A stretch of DNA of 63,041 nucleotides, the filler included, from Asterionella formosa (lineage: Eukaryota), in the NCBI GenBank assembly GCA_002256025.1. It is 9 parts of 9 records of this genome, joined end to end, with 100 filler letters (N's around TTAATTAATTAA, not from the genome) between each part and the next. Parts side by side here need not be neighbours in the genome. Positions count along the whole stretch, not along the records: positions 1 to 18,449 come from NKIB01004024.1; 8 more parts are not named here. One strand, written 5' to 3'. Position numbers and translations under genes: made by a program. Of the stretch, positions 1 to 11,149 are shown piece after piece (within the stretch, counting starts at the first letter, position 1; each line of letters begins with the position of its first letter). The notes beneath the pieces were generated by a model. That model was not told where the DNA came from. It ran no database searches and saw only the letters and a program-made list of their open reading frames with translations.

Positions 1-1830
1 CTTCCCATTGGAAAACAGGCAGCATGAACTTTGGGACTTTTCATGCTATGGGATACTAACATAGGCTAGTGGGTACATCAGTCTACAATCAGTTTGCTAA
101 GAATAGCTAGTGAGTCTTGGCCCTATGATAGTGGAGAACCAATATCATAGTGATACAATTATTACTTTTTGTGATGCATCCTGCTGAGACATGCATATAA
201 ACTACCATTTGGCATTATAATTTTTCCGGTGTGGAGGATACTTGCATCATCTACATACAGAAATATTCTTCTCTGGTGCTAAGTCTTCAGAAGCTACTAC
301 ATGCTGCTGCTGAATAATCCTCTCTCCACCATGATCTATTTGGATGCATTTCTCTTGACAGATCCACTCCACTCCTCACCTGCCAATGCCCATGGTATCC
401 CCCCAGTCAGCACAAATAGCTTCTTCACTTCCAGTTACAGGAATGACAACACAACAACTAGAAAACATACAGAAGACGGCAAGGAAGGGAAGCTTAGGAA
501 AAATGAGGTTCAATCAGAATTTTTCTCTGGTATGTGTGTATGGAACCAAATTAACTGGAGGGATAGAAATGGTATACCTTACCATGGAACAAGGCACTAG
601 AGCAGTGGAGCACTTCCTCTATCATAAATACACAAATGATGAAGTATCACGATTGATGGACCTTTCCCTCAGGATATCCCAATTAGAATCTGGTCAGACA
701 GAACCATTGTCAATGAGCCCAAAAATTCCTGTTCCCTATTTATCCATGACATGGTGAGTGGGCAACAAACATGCAATCCTTTATGGGAAGAAATGAGCTA
801 AGAATTAAATGTAGCAATCAATGGACAATTGATTCAGCATGTAGAAATTATGAAATGATCATGAAAGTGGCTGCTAGTGGGTTGCAGGCTCAGTGCAAGT
901 AAATTATATCACATCAATGCCTGTCATATAAATCTTCAGGTTTCCACAATGTCAGACATCACAATTGGGGATGGTAAAAGGATACGCAAGGAAACCATGG
1001 AATGTCAAAGGATTTCCCACAGAACTTTGCCAATGGAATGGCAAAATCAACCCATCCCAACACTAGAACAACAAAACAACTGGGAGCACTGCTTGAAACA
1101 GTACCTTTTAACAAGAGAACAAGAGGATCTAAGAAACAATTGATATTGAGACAGAGACTGGGGCCTCGGAAGCATCCACCAGCAAATAATGATTGGAAAA
1201 CTTACATACAGATTCCTACTACCAAAACCCTATGGATAGAGTCTATCACAACATGACAATGGTCCACTTTACCAAACTTGTCTGAGCAGCCTAGACAACT
1301 ACTTTTTAATGAAAGTGGCAGGAGTTCTCTATCTTCAGTTGCTCCTCCAAAAGATAGCTACCCATGCGATTTATTTGCCTTGAGAAGGATCAACTATAGA
1401 ACAAGCATTCCAATCATCTCAGGGAATAAAGAAAAATCACAAAGAACCTTTGAAACATTCCTACAGCAAGAAGCAATTATTCCAAAACAATGGATATTTG
1501 AACCTTTAGCTTTTACACACCCATCTGCAGCAGGCTTGTTGAAAGACATTTAAAGCTCCTGGGTTTGGGGTGTTGGATCCATGGCCTCTGACTTCCGGTG
1601 CTCATTTGGGTGAACAATGTAGCTTCAGAAAACAAAGCAAGAAATTTATGATCACGTTGCATTGTGTGCAGGTCCAGTGGATGGAAATCCAAAAGACAAT
1701 AGCTCAACTTAGTAAAAAAATACTTTTTGGAATGCCTCCAGCCTTCTTTTTGTCCAAAAATTCATTCAATACCAATCCATTGACATAACCTCTACTGTCA
1801 CTATTTGGAGCAATAGCGCAGCTTTAATAT
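1..1830 (+). mobile_element. Degenerate non-LTR retrotransposon (diatom LINE, Ambal-like) 3' part: post-RT region and RNase H remnant
   Basis: Frame-broken peptides typical of diatom LINE ORF2: LPVTGMTTQQLENIQ...LGKMRFNQNFSLVCVYGTKLTGGIEM..LTMEQG (386-757), KLYHINACHINLQVSTMSDITIGDGKRI and WQNQPIPT..NNWEHCL (877-1143), RNase H-like CAGPVDGNPKDNSST (about 1665-1710) and TIWSNSAAL (about 1800). Many stops and frameshifts, very few CpG. Confidence 0.75.
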
Positions 1831-1880
1831 CCTGCTTTGTACGACAAAGTTGTTCCTTATGTTGCGCCAGATACAACATA

Positions 1881-3553
1881 CCGTATTTAGTTGTTGGATA
1901 CGGTTTGTGTTTTAGATAATCAGATAAATGTGTCGGGAAGTAGCGATTGGCCCATTTATACCATTGAGCCGGCATCTCCCGGTAATACACATCTGCATTT
2001 GTGTAGAAAACTGAATATCTAATATATATTTAGTTGCGTTTAACCGCCATGGACGATGTACTATAGCAATAAATGAATCAATAAGTCACTTTTAGTAAAT
2101 GAATGAAATATTTATTGAAGGCCAAAAAATGGAGCCTTTTATCATGTCAGCAGAGACCGTAATTCATGGCAAAAATTGCTTCCGACACCAAAAAATGAAG
2201 CAAATCGCAGTCATCTCATGAACAACGATGAAACCAAAAGCAAGTAAAAAATATCAACCACCCCAAAAGTACAAGAAGATACCTGTTTCTTTGGATAAGA
2301 CTGTAGTGTCACTTATTTAAGAAAATATAATTATGGAATTAGGAACTTTAAAGGCAAATAACAATGGCAAACTACTATATGGTGCAATATCAAATATTGT
2401 TGCATCAAAGGCGGCTTCATTGGCTTGGCTAACAAAACCTATAGTTTCATACCATTTGTAGAAGCTAAATCAGGCGGAAAGGCAACTAATTCACTAGTAC
2501 AACTACCTGCTAATATGACACTAAATGATTCACAGTTGTTGGCAGGACATATCTCATCAATTTCTACTCTGACTAAAAATTCACCCCAACTCACAAAATG
2601 CAAGAGAGACTTAATCAATCAAAAGGAAAGACGCGGTGCTGCATTTGCTGTTGAAAAGGATGACTTTGTTGATCTGGTTTTAGAGGCTTGGGATGTATCC
2701 TTTGCCCATTTCGCTACAAACCAAAAAGCTATTGCTGAACAAGGTTGGGTTCATTGAACTACAACTTGTAGCTCCATCCATAAATTCAACTGACAAGTAT
2801 TCAATCTGCAAGCAGAAGCAAACAATAATCAACCAGTCTCTTTCATTCCCCCATCCAGACTAAACTTGTGCCAAGGTATCACTCGAACCCTAGTTGATTA
2901 GGTTGTACAGTATCGCAATCATGAGGATGCTAGAAATGGAATAAATCTAGACAAACTTGCCCACCAACAAAAAAACAGGAGCACTCAAGGCACTTGCAAG
3001 CAATCAACGATACACAACCGGTCACCATGTTGGTGTGGGCAGTTACTTGCTTGTTGGATCCTGAAGTGGTCGATGACTAGCTGAAAAGGAAGAGGCCGCA
3101 TGCGGAAGAAGTACAGAGTGAGCGCGAGAATTGGAAAATATATGCACACACAGCACTTGCAAATGAGGTTTATGCAATCAGAACACTAAACAAACAGTCA
3201 GCAGAGCAGTGGACAGTGGCGCAAAAGAAAACAATGGCATTGTGGTACAAGCGTGTATGCGATCTTCCATTAACAACAACACAGCAACTTCTCCTTTCCA
3301 GATACCATGACACCATAATTCCTCATGGCAACGCTGCAGTACCAGTTCAAATGTGAAAGCACCACTTCCTCACCCTTTGGTCACTCCTATGACATGACAA
3401 GATAAGATGGGAGGACCACCAACCAGTCGAAGAATGATGCAATGACTTTGACTACTGCGAAAAAGTGCAAGAAGTCTTTGATAGAACCAACAAGATAAAA
3501 TTGGAACAACACCACCAGTAGAAGAAAGATGCAGTTAGTGGCTGCGAAAAATA
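1881..3553 (+). mobile_element. Internally deleted pogo/Tc1-mariner-like DNA transposon remnant
   Basis: Possible end TA|CCGTATTTAGTTG at 1881. N-terminal remnant ELGTLKANNNGKLLYGAISNIVASKAASLAWL (about 2336-2430) resembles 36545-36660. C-terminal DDE-transposase-like segment DDFVDLVLEAWDVSFAHFATNQKAIAEQGW (about 2660-2750). Confidence 0.5.
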
Positions 3554-3764
3554 TGTTAATCTCTTCATATATAGATATATGTATATTCGGAGACGGACAG
3601 ACGGAAATTCTGACGCGTCACCCAAATTCTGATTCTCTTGTGCCCTCGACTTTATTTTGTTTTACTTTTTGTGTAACTTTATAATTTTGACATCTTTCTT
3701 TATACCTTCCATCTTTCTCTTCATCTCCTTACTTTGTATGTAATCGTTTCCATAGTCTACCACA
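3554..3764 (+). repeat. 5' LTR of Copia element (211 bp)
   Basis: TGTTAATCTCTTCATATA...GTCTACCACA, repeated at 8618-8838. Confidence 0.95.
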
Positions 3765-4046
3765 TCAGTTTATCAGACCCACGAGACTCAGAAAAGAGAA
3801 GTGAAAGAAATCGATTTGAAATTGATTGCGAAGCCGTTTGTTGACTGGGCGCTGGCACTAAGCGAGATTTACGCTTTCTTCGTTTGCCACAACGTCTGTT
3901 GGGGACAAGTGAGTCTCCAGCCAGCTGGCTAGAACTACAACGAAACATCCATTTACAGAATCTTCCTGTTAAGAAGAAGATCACTCATTTAGGAGTAATA
4001 GGTCACTGGACCAAGCATATGAGGTGTATTGCAGAAATAAGAACAA

Positions 4047-7000
4047 ATGGATGAAGAACAAGTTAACAGAAATCCTGGCAAGGAGTTTCATTTTCGAGAA
4101 ACCCTCCTACAGGTTGTGCAACTGAATGAAGCACAAGTCGATCGATTGATCATGCAGGACATCTCCATGTCATCCAAGCTCTCATATGTAGACGATGAGA
4201 TGCTGATGTCATGTTTTCAGATGAACAACCGTCCTTTGGCAGGAAAGAAGATTCGCCTTATGGCTTTCAAAATTTGGATCAAAGACCAACAAGCCAATGA
4301 AGGCTTTGGAAATGTATCCTCAAATAAGTTTACCCATGAAGAACTAACCAAACTGTTGGAACAAGTTGGAAATGGACAAAAACGGACCATAGATGGCCCA
4401 GAATGGAATATCCATAGGGATATAAAGGAACCAGAGCCATGGCTTGGAAAGCCACAGGACTGGCACAAACGGAAACGGGAGCTAATGGCCTACTTAGCAA
4501 AGAGAAGGAATAGAAAAATGTACACTTTTTATACTTGATTTGAGATGAACAAGAAATGATAATGGAACTGGAGGATAACGAATTGACCTCCTTGATCAGG
4601 GATACCCCCCACCACGGAATTGTTTACCAAGCAGACAATTATGAACTCTTTCAGGTGCTGACCAGCTGGACAAGTGGAGGGACAATGGAAGCCCTTGTAG
4701 ACTGTTATCAATCATCTTCAGATGGTCAATCAGCCTGGTGGATGATCATCAACATGATGGATGGGCAAGACTCCCGAAATGCGCGAGTTAAAGAGGCTGA
4801 TGCCCGCATAGACAAATCTTTCTATAAAGATGACCATTCCCAATTCACATTTGAACAATACTGTTCTATTCACATTACATCCAACATTGAGATGGATGAA
4901 TTAAATGTGGGACATGACAGCTTCACGCAGGTTAGAAAATTCCTGGATGGCATCAAACATCCAAGTATGAAGGGTCAAAGTTTCTTATCATGGATAATGA
5001 TAAGACAAAAGCAGATCTACAAGCTGCAGTTATTAAAATGAAGGATCTGTGGAATCAATCAAAACCTGCAGCTCCCAACATCAATAGAAGCTGAGATGAA
5101 CAACTATCGGTAATACAAATATACGCAACCACCATGGTGGAGAGGGGGTGGGACAGCAGAGGCCAACACAACAACAGGGGAGGGAGATACCAACACAGCA
5201 CTGCTGGCAGAAAACACGGTTGCTATGCCGGAACAACAGGCCGAGGCCGCGGTCGAGAACAAATTCTGACAATATCCCACAAGAGGTTCTGAATTCCCTG
5301 ACTCCCCAACAATGTTGGTACTTGTTACAGGGCCAAGATGCATTAAGTCAAGCTGATACCACAACTTCAACAGCACACCAAAATGAACGTACAGTGGGGG
5401 CAGGCACCACAAATACAGAAACGGCATCCATGGTCAGTGGTATTTCTCAGAACATGCTACCTTCTGGGGTCCCTAGCCCAACCATGACTGGCACCCATTG
5501 GTGAAACATGAGTGCTATTATGGCAAATAACCGCCACATTGGTCAACTAAATAAACTCCAGGAATCTGATGACTATCAGGGCTGAAATTGATACTAGGGC
5601 AGATACTGTGTGTGTGGGCCAAGGTTTTGCATTAATCCATCAAACCAGCTGCATTGCAGATGTAAGCGGTTTTCATAGTGACCTGGGCGCCATTACAGGT
5701 GTCCCCATAGCACAGGTGGCTACTGCATATGACACTGCAGAACAAGAAACTTTAATCCTTGTGTTCAACAAAGCCCTCTATTTTGGCAAGACAATCATGG
5801 AGACCTCGCTGATCCCTCTGCAACAGGTTTGTGATAATGGGTTACTCTGTAACCCACTTCCCTGTCATCAATACTCCTAGAACTCTTTCCATGGAATCAT
5901 GACCCCTTGTCTGGTACCTCTATCCTATTCCAGCTTCATGGCTGTATCTCATATTTCCCGGTTTGGCTCCCAACTGCGTCCGAATTGCAAAACTGTTGTT
6001 GGATTGAGATGACCAGTGAGCACGAATGGAATCCTTATGATTCATGTTTCAATGAACAAGAACGTTCATACCTGTCCCATGCTACCATAGGCCTTGTCTC
6101 AGCCCCAGCAAACAATCTAGGTACCTGTCATCTTCCACCATTACACCCTCTTGGATGTTATGACTTTATGTGCAACAGATATGTTGCCAATATGTCCAGC
6201 GTGAATCGGATATGTTGCCAATATGTCCAGCATGAATTGGTGCTCTCAAGTTGACTCATACACCTTGTCCCACCGATGGGAAATCAGTGAACCTTTAGCC
6301 ATGAAAATTCTTGATTCCACTACACAGCGGGGTTGGAGATACATTGAAGACCATTTTACACGCCGTTTCAGAACCCAACAGGCTCATATGCGATACCCCC
6401 ACCTTTGCTCTGGAGTCTTTACAGATACACTTTTCAATGACACAACTATTGTACGTGGAAATAACTGTGCACAATTATTTGTGACAGATGATGGACATTC
6501 CCGTATTTACCCACTGCCAAGCAAGGGGCAGGCCTTTGATAAGCTTGACCTACCGTTTTTTCGTTGCCATCATTAACCACCGCAAGAATTCAAAGGCAAT
6601 TGACAAAGCCAATCAATACAGGGTTGTGCATGGGAAACAGGTGAAGAAAAGGACTACTGCTGGGTGGCAATTTGATTTAGAATGGAAAGATGGGACAACA
6701 TCTTGGTTGCCCGTGACTAAAAGAAACAAACCCAGTGGAAGTGGCCAATTATGCTATCGCTAATAGCATTGACAGTGAACCCGCTCTTGATTGGTGGACC
6801 AAGGATTTACTTCACAAACAAAAACGGTTGATTAAGTTATCACAGAAACGTGCCATTCTGACTGGATACAAGCTTGGTTTATGCCTTTCCTTCACGGTGT
6901 TGGAGGCTTTGGAGATAGACCAGGAAAATAATAACAATCTATGGCAGCCATGATGCAATTATGAAAGAGATGTCCAATGTCCAAGTGGCTTTTGAACTGA

Positions 7001-8571
7001 AAGAAAGAAATGCACAGCCACCTATTGGCTATAAACACATTCCCATGAAAATGATTTTTGATATCAAGATGGATTTTACTCGAAAAGCTTGTCTGGTTGC
7101 CGGAGGTCATGATACCAATCCCCCAGTATCTCTTACATACTTCTCAGTGGTTTCCAGAGATAGTGTTTGAATAGCCTTCCTGATTGCCGCAACAAACAAT
7201 TTGAATATCATTATGGCTGACATTGGTAATGCATACCTAAATGCCAAGACTGAGGAAAGAGTTTATGCTATTGCAGGCCCAGAATTTGGTGATGCTGACG
7301 AAGGGAAAATTGCTGTTATTGTCCAAGCATTATACGGATTAAAAAGTTCTGGAGGAGCCGCATGGCAAGCACATTTTGCTTCAACACTCCGTGATATAGG
7401 ATTCATACCCAGTTAGTATGCAGATCCTGGTATGTGATATCAAGAGGCCACTTCAGAAGAAAATATGGACCATTATGATTATATTCTGGTCTATGTAGAT
7501 GATATTTTATGCATTGCAAAAGATCCAGGAAAGATTATCAACTCCTTTACAGAACTACCCTATTTGTACCATCTGAAAGATGTTGGACCTCTAACAAGAT
7601 ATTTAGGAGCCGAAATTGGTTGACATCAACATGATGATGGGATGGAAACCTGGTTTATTTTGGCTGAAGAATACTTGGCCAAGGCAATACCTATCATTGA
7701 GGAAAATTATGGGCCCCATAAAATTTGTTCAAAGGAAAATTGGATGCGCCTGCTGCTCCAGACTACCACCCGGAATTAGATTCCTTGGATTTCCTGAATG
7801 ATAATGAAACCCGATTATACCAAAGCTATGTTGGCATTTTGCGTTGAGCAATAGAATTAGGCCACATCAATCTGGCACATACAGGTGCAACGATGGCCAC
7901 ATTCATGGCGGCACCCCACAAGGGACACATGGTCGCCATTTTGAGAGTGTTTGCATATTTACGGAAACACATTTCTTGTAAGTTGGTTGTTGATCCACAA
8001 GAATGTGATTGGTCCAATAAAATATGGATATCTGCAGATTGGAAAGAATCTTACCCAGACATTAAAGACAATCTTCCTTCAAACGCACCAAAACCACGTG
8101 GGAAAAGCATACAATTAAACATGTTCTGTGATGCATCACATGCTACAAGCCTGGTGACAAGACAATCTACAACAGGCATTATCATCTTTCTTGAATGGCA
8201 CTCCAGTGAAATGGTATTCTCATAGACAAAATACAATTGAGTAATCAATTTTTGGATCTGAACTTGTTGCATTAAAGATAGCAGCAGAAATGAATGATGC
8301 CATGTGTTATAAGCTACGCATGTTGAGTATTCTCATGAGTGAACCTACAAACACTTTTTGCGATAACAATAGCGTTGTACTGAATGTAACAAGACCTGAA
8401 TCTACATTACAGAAGAAACAAAATTCTATCGCCTATCATAAAAAGCGTGAATGTGTTGCAATGGAGGCAATGCGAATTCATCATGAACCAGGAACCAGCA
8501 ACTTGGCAGATTTCTTAACCAAATGGTTACCTCCCCATAAACATCTTGAATTATGTTGTTGTATGTTATGA
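4047..8571 (+). pseudogene. Copia gag-pol pseudogene (gag, aspartic protease, truncated integrase, chromo-like segment, reverse transcriptase, RNase H)
   Basis: Protease AEIDTRADTVCVG (5581). Integrase start GVFTDTLF..GNNCAQLFV (about 6412). KRTTAGWQFDLEWKDGTTSWLP (about 6647). RT IFDIKMDFTRKACLVAGGH, ADIGNAYLNA, ALYGLKSSG and YILVYVDDILCI (about 7480). RNase H MFCDASHA, FCDNNSVV, NLADFLTK. Confidence 0.92.
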
Positions 8572-8617
8572 CATTAACATCAAGATGAAAATTAACATTT
8601 CCTTCTTGAGGGGACTA

Positions 8618-8627
8618 TGTTAATCTC

Positions 8628-8663
<36 letters not shown>

Positions 8664-8838
8664 GAGACGGACAGACAGAAATTCTGACTCGTCACCCAAA
8701 TTCTGATTCTCTTGTGCCCTTGACTTTATTTTGTTTTACTTTTTGTGTAACTTTATAGTTTTTACATCTTTCTTTATACCTTCCATATTTCTCTTCATCT
8801 CCTTACTCCATTTGTAATCGTTTCCATTGTCTACCACA
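8618..8838 (+). repeat. 3' LTR of Copia element (221 bp, with longer pure (TA)n)
   Basis: Matches 3554-3764 apart from the TA microsatellite and about a dozen substitutions. Preceded by the PPT. Confidence 0.95.
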
Positions 8839-9147
8839 GTAGCGAGATCCTGACAAAAAAACATGCAAATGATATAATATTTTCTAACTGTTGCCTTTAA
8901 AAATATCTACATGTATGTTCAAAATTTTATCAATGGTTTTGAGCCACTTTGGCCGTTTTTGTCACTTTTAAAATGGATAGATCTCAGTAAATATGCGTTT
9001 AAATTAAAAATTTGATTTAATTCTCATGTAGCTTAATGAAGTAACTAATATCATGCCAAAGGGCGAAAGAGGGGATCGATTTTAGCATAATTCTAGAATT
9101 AGTCGGAAAATGATATGATAACGTGGCTCAAAGCCATTAATAACTGG
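8839..9147. mobile_element. Probable right end of a pogo/Tc1-like DNA transposon with a subterminal inverted repeat
   Basis: TTATCAATGGTTTTGAGCCACTTT (8927-8950) is inverted relative to AACGTGGCTCAAAGCCATTAATAA (9120-9143). Terminus CTGG followed by TA. The reverse-complement end CCAGTTA resembles the CCACTTA end at 35924. Confidence 0.45.
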
Positions 9148-9544
9148 TACCCACATTTGCCTCATGTTTGTGTACCGGTAGTGTACTCGAAAGTCATCTA
9201 GAATAAATGACCGGTCCTTGGTTGTGACAATGATAGCATATTTACTGGTACTATTGCTACATATGTAGGACATACTATGGGACAAACCACCTCGCTATGT
9301 ACCGGTATACCAGTATCATATGTTGGCATAATGGGGAGAGCGTTTAGAGGATAAGCATATGAATCATGAAGACCGAAACGTGATGTACCTGCCCATCAGG
9401 CATACCGGAATATGTTTACACTGCTCGACAAGCACAATTCGGACAACCTGCATACTACCGATGTGCATTTCTATGTATTACCTGGTCTACCGGTTTTATT
9501 TCGTTGTACATATGCCTAAGATAGTATTTAAATTTCCTACATAG

Positions 9545-11140
9545 CTACGTATAGTGGGTATTGTATACTGTTATGGATGTACACCACCACAGCATCTGGT
9601 TTTGGACTGCTGCATGTATTACTAGGGGGACGATGAGACAGCAACTCTGTCTTGACCATGACGAAATTATTGGACTGAATATCTCCACAAATATTCACGA
9701 TAAACTATTGCTATTTCTCACGTAGATGTAGACTATCATAGATGAGGAAATCGTTCAATAATAAAATTTTTTACACCAATATTGACAACAAAAAAATGAA
9801 ATCGCCGCTAGAATCTGTTTTCGCCGTCGTTTGCTCAGTTTTGATGCTACGAACAAAAACGAGATATTTTTGAGTCCGTGGTGACTAGCTTGATAACTTC
9901 TATCAGATAGTTACTTCTATCTTCTATACAAATAGATGAGAAAACTTGAGCAATAGAAATCTCGGAAGGAGCGCAATAGCTCAAAATGCAAGAAATACCT
10001 CAACCCCTTTTTTGTACTGACTTTCATGTATCTACCAGGTGGTATTTCATGTCGTGCTGCATATATTCCCATGGAGTGTCACCAATGGGAATGGGGAAAA
10101 ATTCAGCTCGTGCTGGTGTTGTTCCTGCAGCTGACAAGGTCGTGAGTTCTATGCTTCTGTCCTCAACCATTTCCTTGTCCAAACCGGAATCACTCTCATC
10201 AGAACAAAATTCGACAGATCTATTGTCAGATGACGACTCTTCCTCCAAGGAGTCTTGATCTGAGGAGCTCGAAGAACTAGAAGAACTAGACATTATCAAT
10301 AAGAATTCTTCCCATGCAACAGAAAGTTATCAAAACATGATGTGTTGCTGGCTTACGCCAAACGCGATAATGATGTACATATCCTATGCGCATGAATATT
10401 ATAAATACAAGCAGAACGCGATAATGACATACAAATCCTATGCGCATGAATAATCTAAATACAAAGTGATTAGATATGATACACAAAAGAGCCGCACCAC
10501 CAGCCAGAGTTAGCACGACAACGTGAGTACATCACCAAGAGTTACCATCTACCGGTACCATTATTACTAATAAGGGAAAATCTCTATTGTTAGCTAATAC
10601 TACCAGGTCATATACAAATATATATGAACTAGCCTGCTACATCATACATATGATCTGCTATGTATGCTTGGAATTTGGCATACATACTTCTAGTAGGTAG
10701 TACCAGTACTTGCATGTGTAAATGTACTGCTGACTGTGGTATGGGGACGATGAGACAGCCAATCCATCTTGACCATGATGACAAAATTATTGGACTCAAT
10801 ATCTCAACTAATATTGACAAAGAACAATTCCTATCTCGCATGTAGATGTAGAATGAGATAGACAAAATAATCGTTCAAGAATAGAATTTTTTGCAGTAGT
10901 ATTGACAACAAAAATTTGACTTTCTGGTCATCATTTGCTCAGTTTTGAGGATACAAACAACGAGGCATCGTTGAGTCCGCAGTGATTAGCTTGATAAATT
11001 CTACTAGATAATTTTTTCTATCTACTGTACAAATGGATGAGAAAACTTGAGCAATAGAAATCTCTGAGAGAACACAACATCTCGAAATGCAAGAAAATTG
11101 CAGAAGGTAGAATTATGCACTGACTGTCATGTACATACTA
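9545..11140. repeat. Diverged direct duplication of an about 480-bp segment (about 9545-10030 and about 10680-11140), period about 1.1 kb
   Basis: Shared blocks such as GGGGACGATGAGACAGC, TCTTGACCATGA, AAATTATTGGACT, TATTGACAACAAAA and GATGAGAAAACTTGAGCAATAGAAATCTC occur in both copies. Confidence 0.85.
10362..10464. repeat. Two-copy tandem repeat of about 54 bp
   Basis: ACGCGATAATGA...ATCCTATGCGCATGAATA..TAAATACAA occurs at 10362 and 10416. Confidence 0.85.
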
Positions 11141-11149
11141 ATTGTTGTG

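Larger units (their letters stand above)
3554..8838 (+). mobile_element. Ty1/copia (CoDi-type) LTR retrotransposon, degenerate, both LTRs present
   Basis: Direct TG...CA LTRs at 3554-3764 and 8618-8838. PBS at 3768-3783 and polypurine tract GAGGGGA at 8608-8614. Internal gag-PR-IN-RT-RH order with stops and frameshifts. Confidence 0.95.
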
